A stretch of 64,000 nt of DNA, taken from Candidatus Micrarchaeia archaeon. GTDB lineage: Archaea > Micrarchaeota > Micrarchaeia > CAILAH01. Position numbers and translations under genes: made by a program. Below, piece by piece: positions 1-9,021 of this stretch (position 1 is the first letter of the stretch; each line of letters begins with the position of its first letter). The stretch spans positions 128,001 through 192,000 of the forward strand of contig JAVZCB010000002.1 of the NCBI GenBank assembly GCA_038874595.1. The letters are read 5' to 3'. Under the pieces are notes generated by a model. It was not told where the DNA came from and ran no database searches. It saw nothing but the letters and a program-made list of their open reading frames with translations.

Positions 1-486
1 GAGATGTATAACATAAAAGGAGCAACACCTGAGGAAATACTATTAAAGAAAATCAAGATGTTTGCAAATTTTACAGATGATATAAGATTGTTCTCCGGCC
101 TGCACAGTGCGCTTGGCAGGCTCAAAGGCAAATACCGGGTTGCGCTTGTGAGCTCAAGCCCAAAGCAGATTGTTGATATTGTTGTAAAGAGGTTTGAATT
201 GGAGAAATACTTTGAGCGCATAATAACCGGTGATGATGTCGTGAAGGGCAAGCCGGACCCGGAGCCATATCTTAAGGCTGCAGAAAAGATGGGAGTAAGC
301 CCCGCTGAATGTGTTGTTGTTGAGGACTCGATAAACGGGATAAAGAGCGCAAAGGCTGCTGGAATGAAATGTATCGCAATTACAAATTCTTTCCCCCATG
401 AAGAGCTCGTAAAGGCCGGGGCGGATGCGGTTATAAACGTGATTGTTGAGCTGCCGGTTGCGCTTGAGGAAATATCACAAAAATAA
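1..486 (+). CDS. HAD-family phosphatase (beta-PGM/CbbY-like), 5'-truncated by window edge
   Basis: Motifs VSSS, GKPDPEPY and VVEDSINGIKSA. Motif I (DxD) is absent, so the start lies upstream of the window. Confidence 0.88.
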   Translation, partial: EMYNIKGATPEEILLKKIKMFANFTDDIRLFSGLHSALGRLKGKYRVALVSSSPKQIVDIVVKRFELEKYFERIITGDDVVKGKPDPEPYLKAAEKMGVSPAECVVVEDSINGIKSAKAAGMKCIAITNSFPHEELVKAGADAVINVIVELPVALEEISQK

Positions 487-519
487 TACGCTTTTATTTG
501 TTTGCAGAGAGCTCTTCCT

Positions 520-1008
520 ATGAAAAAAGCCTTAACCGTTGCAGTTGTTGCGCTTGCAATCCTAGGAATTGTGTTTGCAGATATAGGCCCCTCTCCTCAG
601 GCACCTGAAATATCCGTTTCATTGTTAAAAGGAGGGGTGTCTTACAGTGGTGAGGCGGTGGTTGAGTTTGTATGTTTGGATGCTGGGCCTGCGGATGATA
701 GCCCTGTCGGGGAGAGAGTTATCCAGCTGAGATGCAATAAAGGGTCCTGTACAAATGAGATGTGGTTCTACAAGCTTAACCCGTGCTACACACCAGGGAA
801 GGGCAAATTTAGGTATAAACTCGAGGGCTGGGATGAGTATAAGGAAACCGGCCTGTTTGATTTCTCAAAGCCGGGCAAATATATTATTATGCTTGATGCT
901 GAGACGGGCAATTATTCGAAAAGCTGGTCAAGTGGTTCCTGCCAGGGTATAATTGCATTCCTGTGTGCTGTTGGGTTGCTCGCTCTTGTAAAATACTGGT
1001 TAAAGTGA
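520..1008 (+). CDS. Secreted, C-terminally anchored hypothetical protein
   Basis: Signal peptide MKKALTVAVVALAILGIVFA, several Cys, C-terminal hydrophobic helix followed by basic residues. Confidence 0.7.
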   Translation: MKKALTVAVVALAILGIVFADIGPSPQAPEISVSLLKGGVSYSGEAVVEFVCLDAGPADDSPVGERVIQLRCNKGSCTNEMWFYKLNPCYTPGKGKFRYKLEGWDEYKETGLFDFSKPGKYIIMLDAETGNYSKSWSSGSCQGIIAFLCAVGLLALVKYWLK

Positions 1009-1347
1009 GTGAAAGTGGGTTTTATTAATGCACTCTTGATAACGCTTGCTGTAGAATCGGTGATTATTGGCTGGCTGCTGCAGGGCAAATTCCCGATGCG
1101 TGCCGTTTTCCTTGCTGCGTGCACTGCAAGCGCTATAACGCTTCCTCTTGTATGGTTCGCTTTCCCAATGATAGGTGTTGGGCTGTTCTTTTCAGAGGTG
1201 TTTGCTATTGCGGCTGAGGCGATGTTTTATCATACAGTATTGCGGGGAGTTTCCTGGGCGACCGCTTTCTATGTATCACTTATCGCAAATGCTGCGTCTT
1301 TCATTGTGGGTATCATCATAATGACATTTACAACTGGAATAATCTAA
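1009..1347 (+). CDS. Small integral membrane protein (about 4 TM)
   Basis: Hydrophobic throughout; directly abuts the upstream gene. Confidence 0.7.
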   Translation: MKVGFINALLITLAVESVIIGWLLQGKFPMRAVFLAACTASAITLPLVWFAFPMIGVGLFFSEVFAIAAEAMFYHTVLRGVSWATAFYVSLIANAASFIVGIIIMTFTTGII

Positions 1348-1367
1348 CTTCAAAAATAAATCTACGT

Positions 1368-2666
1368 TTATTTCCAGTTAACTTGGAGGAAATGTGTTGC
1401 ACAGCTCATACACGGGTCGTAGGCGCGTATCAGCATCTCAAGCTCTCTTTCTATCTGCTCTTTTGGTATCCCCTGCTCAATGCATTTCTGTGCAAGCAGG
1501 CCGGCATCCTTCTCCATCATAATATGGTTTTGTGCAGTTGGAATAACCAGGTCGGCGACAGAAACGTTGCCAGCAGCATCAAACTCAAGGTAGTAATACA
1601 AAGTGCCACGTGGCGCTTCAACAATCCCTGTGCCTCCCGCCTCCTTCGGCTCAACAGGCTGCGGCTTTTCATCCCTGAATTCTGTAGTTTCAAGAAGTTC
1701 TAATGAGTGGTCAAATGCATGGACTATCTCAATTGCCTGTGCGAGATTATTATGGAAAATATTATCACTTGGGAACTTTGAAATATATTTGCCGAGGTCG
1801 CGTTTTGTATCCTTGTGTAATGTATCCTTTCCGACGTTCATGCGCGCAAGCGCACCTACCATGTACGTCTCACCCTTATAAAGAAATCCTTCGGCTTGTG
1901 AGTAAGGTATCACAACTTTGTAGAGATGTTCAGTAAATGAGAACTCTGGTATACATACTCCGTTTGAATCACAAAGCTGACCTTCCCAGAAATTATAAAA
2001 AGAGTTCTTTGTTGCAACATATTTTGTTTTTCTTACAAGCGTTTTGTCCCATTCCCCAAACAGCTCTACAAATTCAATTGCGTGGTCGCGCTCTTCCCGT
2101 ATCATTGAGATAAGCTTTTTCACATCACCTGGCTGGGGGGCTTTTGCAAAACCGCCAATTGTTGGAATTGTGGGGTGGACGGCACGGCCCGCAATAATCG
2201 TGCCGATAGAGTTCCCAACCTCCTTGACATGGAGCGCCTTGTGTAAAATCTCTTTTTCCTTATCGGACTTAAAATCAAGCACTGAATCTTTCCCAAACAA
2301 GTCAGGCAGGCAGAAGAAGAAAAGATGCATTGCGTGGTCGCGCACCTGCAGGCCGTTCATAGTGAGATGTTTCAGAACAGCTGCCTGTGGCGTAGGGGTT
2401 ATGCCAAAAACGTTTTCTATGCATTCTATACATCCCATCAGGTGTGCTGTGCTGCACGTCCCACATATGCGGGAGACCAGCTGGTGAGCGTTAACGAACT
2501 TCTTGCCGCGGACCGATTCCTTGAAAAACCTCAAGTTCTCACTCACTTTAAGGCGGACACCGCGGACCTCGCCGCTACGCACGATTATATCAAGCCCAGC
2601 GTGGCCCTCAATCTTGCTTATTGAATCCAGTGTTATCTCAAAATCCTCCTTGTGCATAACAACCAC
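1368..2666 (-). CDS. [NiFe]-hydrogenase large subunit, group 3-like
   Basis: KIEGHA, L1 RICGTC, EAPRG, L2 DPCMSCATH plus a short C-terminal extension. Confidence 0.93.
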   Translation of the reverse strand: MVVMHKEDFEITLDSISKIEGHAGLDIIVRSGEVRGVRLKVSENLRFFKESVRGKKFVNAHQLVSRICGTCSTAHLMGCIECIENVFGITPTPQAAVLKHLTMNGLQVRDHAMHLFFFCLPDLFGKDSVLDFKSDKEKEILHKALHVKEVGNSIGTIIAGRAVHPTIPTIGGFAKAPQPGDVKKLISMIREERDHAIEFVELFGEWDKTLVRKTKYVATKNSFYNFWEGQLCDSNGVCIPEFSFTEHLYKVVIPYSQAEGFLYKGETYMVGALARMNVGKDTLHKDTKRDLGKYISKFPSDNIFHNNLAQAIEIVHAFDHSLELLETTEFRDEKPQPVEPKEAGGTGIVEAPRGTLYYYLEFDAAGNVSVADLVIPTAQNHIMMEKDAGLLAQKCIEQGIPKEQIERELEMLIRAYDPCMSCATHFLQVNWK

Positions 2667-3148
2667 TAAACCCTAAATATTTCAAAATATTTGTTTAGTA
2701 CCCTTATGAAAGATTTCTCATCCATAGGGCAGCCCATCACCATATCATCAACCTTTACCAGCTTTGTTACTGGCAGCACTTCGTTGAGCAGGCCAAATTT
2801 CTCTATCCGCGGCCGTATCTCCGCCTTTGTCCTGTCATCAAAAAAGTTGCGCTGTGCAGAAGGCATGCCTGTGCAGGCGCACGCGCCTATCGTCACTATG
2901 TATTTTGATATGCTACGGATGTACTCGAGCTTTTTCTTCTCGTCATCCGTGCTTATCGCCCCCTCAATAAAAAACACATCTATATCACGAAGAGAGAAAA
3001 CATCACTGCTCTTCTTAAGTGCGTTGCAGTATACAAAATCTATCTTCCCTGACCAGTCAAAGAAATTCTTGTTTAGCAGCTCAAGAAACAGCACTGTGCT
3101 GTCCTCACTGCATGTAAATGTTATCCATCCGACCCTCATCTTTGGCAT
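2666..3148 (-). CDS. [NiFe]-hydrogenase small subunit, truncated (proximal-cluster domain only)
   Basis: DVFFIEGAI, IGACACTG and MGCP motifs; CxxC appears as CSED; about 160 aa; stop overlaps the large-subunit start. Confidence 0.85.
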   Translation of the reverse strand: MPKMRVGWITFTCSEDSTVLFLELLNKNFFDWSGKIDFVYCNALKKSSDVFSLRDIDVFFIEGAISTDDEKKKLEYIRSISKYIVTIGACACTGMPSAQRNFFDDRTKAEIRPRIEKFGLLNEVLPVTKLVKVDDMVMGCPMDEKSFIRVLNKYFEIFRV

Positions 3149-3200
3149 AGAGTTTATTATACATATAAGGCTTTTAACTTGTAACACCAAAAATTATGAT

Positions 3201-3650
3201 ATGGAGTATGAAGTGCCAGAGCAAAACCTTGTTGAAGAGCTTGAGATGAGAGGTATTGGGTATCGCAAAGATAATGGGTATTTTGTGGATGTTTTGCAGG
3301 CAGCTTATCTTACAGAGATTGGAAAGGCCAAATATGATGATGCGCGGGATGTTGTGGATAAGAATGAAAAGCTGCGCCTGGCGTATGTTGTATTCAGAGA
3401 CTTGAGAAAGAAGATGCATGTTGCAAACTACATTGAGAAGGATGATGTAATACTTGCTTATGAAAAGGGAATGGTACCTAAGCATGCAGAAAGCAAGTTC
3501 GTAATCAAAGTTATAAAAAATATGAACATAAAGCTTGATGAGATGGTAAAGCTTAGGGATGATGTAAGGAAAGCCAGAAAGGACCTTTTGTTTGCTGTGG
3601 TGGACGGTGAAAAAATATCATATTACAAATTCAATGAAATTGAGTTGTGA
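3201..3650 (+). CDS. tRNA-splicing endonuclease subunit, probably the structural (beta) type
   Basis: QAAYL and YVVFRDLRKK motifs and C-terminal LLFAVVDGEKISYY match EndA; the catalytic KYG and His motifs are not evident. Confidence 0.75.
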   Translation: MEYEVPEQNLVEELEMRGIGYRKDNGYFVDVLQAAYLTEIGKAKYDDARDVVDKNEKLRLAYVVFRDLRKKMHVANYIEKDDVILAYEKGMVPKHAESKFVIKVIKNMNIKLDEMVKLRDDVRKARKDLLFAVVDGEKISYYKFNEIEL

Positions 3651-4078
3651 GTGAGATTATGGAGAAATGTGCGCTGTGCGAAGAGCTGCAAAAGCGTAAG
3701 AACGTTGCATACATAAGTGACCATTCTTTTGTGCTCGTGAATTTGAGGCTCCTTAAGCCCGGCCATGTGCTTGTTCTGCCGAAAAAGCACAGGGAAGCTT
3801 TTGATGAGCTCACGAAAGATGAGGCAAAAGAGATATTTGATACTGTGGAGAGGTGCGCGCGCGCAATCCATAAGGTTTATGGGCATTATCCAATGGTTAT
3901 AATCAACCCTCAGACAAAACGATCCGAAAGACACATACATATACACCTTGTTCCAACAGAGTACGGGGCGCGCGATTACATCGCTAAGATTGAGAACCTT
4001 CCTTACAATGAAGAAGCGCCCGCCGAAATCAGGGAAATCGTACGTGAGGAGATTGCAAAAGCTATGGAAGAAGAATAA
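3647..4078 (+). CDS. HIT-family hydrolase
   Basis: N-terminal CALC, PGHVLVLPKKH, HIHIHLVP triad. Confidence 0.92.
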   Translation: MSEIMEKCALCEELQKRKNVAYISDHSFVLVNLRLLKPGHVLVLPKKHREAFDELTKDEAKEIFDTVERCARAIHKVYGHYPMVIINPQTKRSERHIHIHLVPTEYGARDYIAKIENLPYNEEAPAEIREIVREEIAKAMEEE

Positions 4079-4087
4079 TGGCTTGTG

Positions 4088-4765
4088 TTATTTTTTGTTT
4101 GCTGCTTTTAACGCATCTCTCCTACCAAACATGCACATCCTAAAAAGAGGGCAGGATATGCATTTCGGGTTTGATTTTGTGCAGTGTTTCTTGGCGTGTT
4201 CTACCAGGAGAGCGTGCATCTCATTATATTTTGGTGCACTTTTTCCGAGCGCCTTCTCAAACACGGTGCGCACCTTTTCATAATCAAGTGCTGTGCTTTC
4301 ATTTCCTTCAAAAACGCGGCCATAGATGCGTTTTGTGTATGCATCAACCACAAAAATCGGCTTGTTGAAAGCATATAATAAAATTGAATCTGCTGTTTCA
4401 CGGCCTATCCCTTTTAATGAAAGCAGGTGGGCACGCGCATCGTGCAGAGACATTTTTCTTATTGCATCAAAGTACACGTGCCTGCAGAAATATTTGAGCC
4501 TGGCCGCCTTTTGCCTATAAAACCCTGCTGGCTTAATGGCCTTCTCAAGAATATGTGTTGGAGAATCAAGTATTGCCGAACCACTGAGCAGGTTGCCTCT
4601 TTTCATGTTTGCAATCGCTTTCTCAACGTTTTTCCAGGAAGTATTCTGGGTAAGTATTGCACCAACGCATACCTCAAATGGTGTATCGGCCGGCCACCAG
4701 TTCTGTTTTCCATAAGTGCGGCTCAGGATATTAAACATAGTGCGTATTCCGCTGCCTACATCCAT
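4088..4765 (-). CDS. Endonuclease III-like HhH-GPD DNA glycosylase
   Basis: WWPADTPFEVCVGAILTQNT, LKGIGRETADSILLY, VVDAYT, C-terminal CX6CX2CX5C Fe-S motif. Confidence 0.9.
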   Translation of the reverse strand: MDVGSGIRTMFNILSRTYGKQNWWPADTPFEVCVGAILTQNTSWKNVEKAIANMKRGNLLSGSAILDSPTHILEKAIKPAGFYRQKAARLKYFCRHVYFDAIRKMSLHDARAHLLSLKGIGRETADSILLYAFNKPIFVVDAYTKRIYGRVFEGNESTALDYEKVRTVFEKALGKSAPKYNEMHALLVEHAKKHCTKSNPKCISCPLFRMCMFGRRDALKAANKK

Positions 4766-4800
4766 AATATAAATTACAGGCCAAGCAATAAATATGGCGG

Positions 4801-5952
4801 CTAGCGCACCCTTATCTTGGAATTACCCTGCTCTAAGGAAGCTACCGCATTCTTTTTAAGGAGTTTTTTATTGAGGTCTTTATAAGTTGGGGAAGGGTAA
4901 TTTGCATTTGCAAGTGCCATTTCCTTTAACTTAGTATGGCTTATTTTTCCAGTCGCAAAATCAACAAATTCTGGGTAATAGGTGCTAAGTATTGTGAGCA
5001 TAGCAAGAACTTTTGGCACATAATTTACATTCTCAACAAAGCCGCGCAGTGCGTCTGGCTTATTACCTGTATTTTCGGCGCTTGCCACTAAAAATTTAAG
5101 GTAGTCTTGATAAGAGATGGGTTTTTTGCTCTTCTTTGAATTTGCAAGATATTTCCAAGGAAGGCCTGAATTGTATGCTGAAAGTGTAAGGTACATGTCT
5201 CGATTAAAAGTTATATAGAGATCGTAAAGTAGTTGTGCAGCAGCTTTTGCGGAGTCATAGTTCTTATGACGCTTATCGGTCACACCAATCAATCTGCCTT
5301 TTTTATCACGATGCTCCCTGACAAGCCCATATTTTATTGCGGTTTCCCGCGTGAACTGGTAAGGTCCAGCGGCTTTCTTGGGCGAAGAAGTATATGACCA
5401 ATTTGATTCTACTAAAGGAATGAAAGATAATGCCCTTAACTCTTCACGTTCTTTTGGCGTAAGGTTGCCGTTCTTGGCTTCACGCTCAGCAAGCCCTTCT
5501 TGAAATCCTCTCACAGCACCTAGGAGTTCACCTTTACGAAGCGTGCGAAACAGCGCGCTCTGGATTACGTTTGAGTGTGTGCCTGTAGTGTATTCCATAA
5601 CCCAGACCTGGCTAAGAATAGATACTGCATCTGGGCAAGACCTAACTAATTCGAGTAAAAATTTAGGGTCTTTTCTTAAAGATGTGCTCGATATTGGAGG
5701 GAGCTTGCATTTTTGCGGCTCGCTCTCATTATCTCTTTCTTCGGAAACGCCATTCGGGTCCTGAAGAAGCATCTCAAGTGCGGAGTTGGTTGATTGATTC
5801 CTGCATACGTTACTGTTATTGTCGTCATTGCTGTAAATATAACTTTCATTAGGGCTAACACTAGATGTACGGGAAGGAGGAAACAAAGATGCTGCAAATA
5901 TTGCGCTCGGCAGCAGCACAGCCGCGACGAGCCTTTTGAGTAGCCCACTCAT
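4801..5952 (-). CDS. Secreted lytic transglycosylase (SLT domain, MltD-like)
   Basis: Signal peptide; PLVES (catalytic Glu), AAGPYQF, YGL, AAAQLL, AYNSG and YVPK motifs. Confidence 0.85.
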   Translation of the reverse strand: MSGLLKRLVAAVLLPSAIFAASLFPPSRTSSVSPNESYIYSNDDNNSNVCRNQSTNSALEMLLQDPNGVSEERDNESEPQKCKLPPISSTSLRKDPKFLLELVRSCPDAVSILSQVWVMEYTTGTHSNVIQSALFRTLRKGELLGAVRGFQEGLAEREAKNGNLTPKEREELRALSFIPLVESNWSYTSSPKKAAGPYQFTRETAIKYGLVREHRDKKGRLIGVTDKRHKNYDSAKAAAQLLYDLYITFNRDMYLTLSAYNSGLPWKYLANSKKSKKPISYQDYLKFLVASAENTGNKPDALRGFVENVNYVPKVLAMLTILSTYYPEFVDFATGKISHTKLKEMALANANYPSPTYKDLNKKLLKKNAVASLEQGNSKIRVR

Positions 5953-6003
5953 AGTGCATCTATTATGTAATTTCTAAAATAAAAACTTTTCTATTTTATA
6001 CGT

Positions 6004-6627
6004 CTATTGTTGAGATGGCTGTGGCTTTTGCGGCTCCTTGAGCAGAATCTCGGTGCTCTCAGCCTGCTTGAGCATCACAATATCCTCTTCATTAACAAAA
6101 ACGTAGTGTGCGGATGCAAGATTGCTGTATATCCTCTTTTGTGCAGACATCTGGGCCGGCTCATCAACTATCTTTGCAATCCCTGTCCACACACCAAACC
6201 ATCCGGCAACCATAAGTATGCTAAACATTGCGCTCAATAAAGGGTAGGATTCCTTTGGGGTGAAAACATCAAGGAGAATTATCAGTGCTCCTGCCACAAT
6301 ATATTTGATGCCCCTTCTCTGATAACTGTGGATTTCGCTGGTATAACTCTCAACCCTCTTTGCAAAGTGCTGGCGTATCCTTCTTATTATTGCTCGCTCA
6401 ACTGTGGGGTCGCGCTTGGATGAGGGAATTGATAATGTAATCTGGAGCTCTTTTGTGTCATACTCGCCACTAGTGCGTTTTATAAGCTCCTTCACAAAAT
6501 CCTCTGAGAGCTCGCGCTTTGAATAATGCGAAATATCAAAATCAGAATATAAGTCTTCGTAGCTCTCCAGCGCAATGTCTATATTCTTAAAAGAAATCTT
6601 TTCCATCAGACCACTTACCATAATCAC
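6004..6627 (-). CDS. Membrane protein (2 TM) with N-terminal soluble domain
   Basis: YEDLYSDFD...RELSEDF N-terminal domain and two hydrophobic helices ending in GW...W. Confidence 0.7.
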   Translation of the reverse strand: MIMVSGLMEKISFKNIDIALESYEDLYSDFDISHYSKRELSEDFVKELIKRTSGEYDTKELQITLSIPSSKRDPTVERAIIRRIRQHFAKRVESYTSEIHSYQRRGIKYIVAGALIILLDVFTPKESYPLLSAMFSILMVAGWFGVWTGIAKIVDEPAQMSAQKRIYSNLASAHYVFVNEEDIVMLKQAESTEILLKEPQKPQPSQQ

Positions 6628-6648
6628 AATATTGTGTGCGAAATCCTA

Positions 6649-9015
6649 TTACCGCGTCGGTGGATTTTTATTGCCTTGACTGCTGTTACCATTATCCTTT
6701 CCATTGCCACCACTCTTTGGTTGGGCATCTTTGCTTACTGGAGGTTGCCCGCTCATCTCTTCACGTATAACCTCTTCAACTTCCTTCCCTGCTATGACTT
6801 CCCTGCTCACCTTTTCAGCTTCTTCCTTGAGCGCACGCTGGCGTGCGCGCTCATCCGCCCACGAGCGATACGAAATGGAAAGCACTAGCGCTGCAGCCAC
6901 AACTCCTATCACAGGAATGGTCGCTAATGCGGCAATCACAGGTACAAAGAAGTATGCTGCCTTGTGCATGTTTGTCCTACCGAGATATGCTGCTGCAGCA
7001 GCCATCGCAATAACAACAACCCATATCAAATCACACAAAATAACCGGGAGGCCTTCAACATAAAACCCTTCACAGCCGGACTTGACAAGCGCACCCAGCC
7101 CTATTGTCTCTGATATAAACTCTGCTGCAGATTTAGGAGGCTTCTTTTCAATAATTGGCTTCTCAAAGGGCTTTTCAGGTGGCCTCTCAGGTATCTCTAT
7201 CACGCCTCGGTAAGGCTCGCATCCTTCCTTGGACATAACAATAGTATAATTATTTGGGATCTCAACACGCACGTTTATCTCGCCAAACGAATTTGTATCG
7301 TAAATATAATCTCCTATAACAACGCGGACATCACTTATACACTCCTTATCTGGTGAGGTTGCGGTTATGATGAAGTTCTCTTTAGAATACATCTCCTTCG
7401 GGAAAAGCGGGATTATGGGGGGCCAGCTCACTTGGATTGTCCCCTTAAACGTTTGGTAATCCTCCTTACGTGCGGTAAAATCATAACCGCCCGGCTCGGC
7501 AAGTACTATGCTTGTGACCTTGCCATCCGCTCCTGTCGTATAAGTTGGTTTGCCTTTTATCCGTATTTCAACATCCTGAAGAGGGCGGCCAAATGAGCTT
7601 GCTAATACATCAAACTCTTGCCGTGCATAAACGCTTGGTGGATAATCTATATTAAGTGGGTAAAGAAATACATTGACAACTGCGGCGCCATCATCATAAA
7701 GCGCTTTCTTGGCAACAATTGCATATATACCTGGGATTCTAACGGCACCTGGAGAGAATACGCACCTGCCATCCGGGCCCGTTGTGCACACATCTGCAAC
7801 CGCACCTGATGGGGAATATAGTTTTGCCTGGGCACCATCAACTGGCTTGCCCGTCCTTGGGTCTGTTATCGTTACAGAAATCTCTGTACGGACATAGAGC
7901 TCGCTTGGTGATGCAACAGCCAACTTTACTTTTTGGAGGTCAAAATATTCCTCATCCGAACGGATATATCCTCCCTTTGATGCATATGCATAATAGGTTC
8001 CTGCCTCATCAAGAGCAGAGGGGTCTGCCGTATATATTCCGTTCTCATCTGTCTTTCCTGTATCAACAAGGGTGGAAAAACCTCCGTGCTCACGGTAAAC
8101 ACGCACCGTGGCATCTCTTACCGGGTCCCTGCTCGATACTGTAAAAACGACTGGGTCATTAATATACCCTGTTGTTGATACTGAAATGTAAAGGTTTTGC
8201 AGTCTCTCTTCGCCGCCACAGCCCGGTATTGGTACGCACACGCCCCCATCACATCTCTGGCAGTAACCACAGTCTAAATCTGTGATGCATGCAGGCGTAT
8301 AAAGCTTCGCTGTCAGGTTGTTGACTTTTATGTATGTATAGTTGGTCCGTGGAAACACTGCATCCGTGACCCTGTCAACAAGCGTACTATTAATAAAACC
8401 GCTGGCGTTCCATAGAGACACAATAAGATATGGCTTGTTTGTGGTTATTTCACTGTTGCCCGAGTAGTATATTTTCTCAAGGTGTATTACTGTGTTAGTT
8501 GGTGTTGATTTATCAGAATACCTATACTCCCCATAAAGGAGGCCAGTATAGTTAGTAAGGTCAACAAATTGCGGGTTCTGCATCAGTGGTGATGTTGAGA
8601 TGCCTATCGAGAGAATCCCCGGGTAAAATGCTTTGTAAACACTCGTGTCAACATCAACTACTGTGCAGTTTGAAGCATTTACATAAGTTATATTTGCAGG
8701 TATTAACCCTATGCTTATGTTGATTGCCCCTGACCGGTAATAAATAGAAACAAACTTTCCTATGAGCTCTGTACCCTGGTCAGCGCACAGCTCAACATAT
8801 ACATTCGGGTTGGCAAAGGAAGTGTCAACATATGTTGCAGTCCGCGTATCAAAGTAGAGCGTTGCGTTCGAGCCGTTGATAAACACAAGCCGGCCCGAAG
8901 TTATTGCTGCTGAAGGGGCTGATGACACAAGCAGGAATACCAGGATTGCTATAAGTATTGCCCTGCTATGCAAGGGATTTCCTGCCACTGTGTTGCGTTT
9001 ATGCATAACTTGCAC
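6649..9015 (-). CDS. Large surface protein with repeated Ig/carboxypeptidase-regulatory-like beta domains and a C-terminal membrane anchor
   Basis: Signal peptide, many N-x-S/T sequons, TD.NG / A.K.GY repeats, short Cys-rich insert, C-terminal TMs. Confidence 0.75.
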   Translation of the reverse strand: MQVMHKRNTVAGNPLHSRAILIAILVFLLVSSAPSAAITSGRLVFINGSNATLYFDTRTATYVDTSFANPNVYVELCADQGTELIGKFVSIYYRSGAINISIGLIPANITYVNASNCTVVDVDTSVYKAFYPGILSIGISTSPLMQNPQFVDLTNYTGLLYGEYRYSDKSTPTNTVIHLEKIYYSGNSEITTNKPYLIVSLWNASGFINSTLVDRVTDAVFPRTNYTYIKVNNLTAKLYTPACITDLDCGYCQRCDGGVCVPIPGCGGEERLQNLYISVSTTGYINDPVVFTVSSRDPVRDATVRVYREHGGFSTLVDTGKTDENGIYTADPSALDEAGTYYAYASKGGYIRSDEEYFDLQKVKLAVASPSELYVRTEISVTITDPRTGKPVDGAQAKLYSPSGAVADVCTTGPDGRCVFSPGAVRIPGIYAIVAKKALYDDGAAVVNVFLYPLNIDYPPSVYARQEFDVLASSFGRPLQDVEIRIKGKPTYTTGADGKVTSIVLAEPGGYDFTARKEDYQTFKGTIQVSWPPIIPLFPKEMYSKENFIITATSPDKECISDVRVVIGDYIYDTNSFGEINVRVEIPNNYTIVMSKEGCEPYRGVIEIPERPPEKPFEKPIIEKKPPKSAAEFISETIGLGALVKSGCEGFYVEGLPVILCDLIWVVVIAMAAAAAYLGRTNMHKAAYFFVPVIAALATIPVIGVVAAALVLSISYRSWADERARQRALKEEAEKVSREVIAGKEVEEVIREEMSGQPPVSKDAQPKSGGNGKDNGNSSQGNKNPPTR

Positions 9016-9021
9016 CTCAAC

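Noticed and set aside
2691-3200. N-terminal extension of the 319-aa ORF
   Set aside because: Antisense to the hydrogenase small subunit. EndA similarity begins at ATG 3201.
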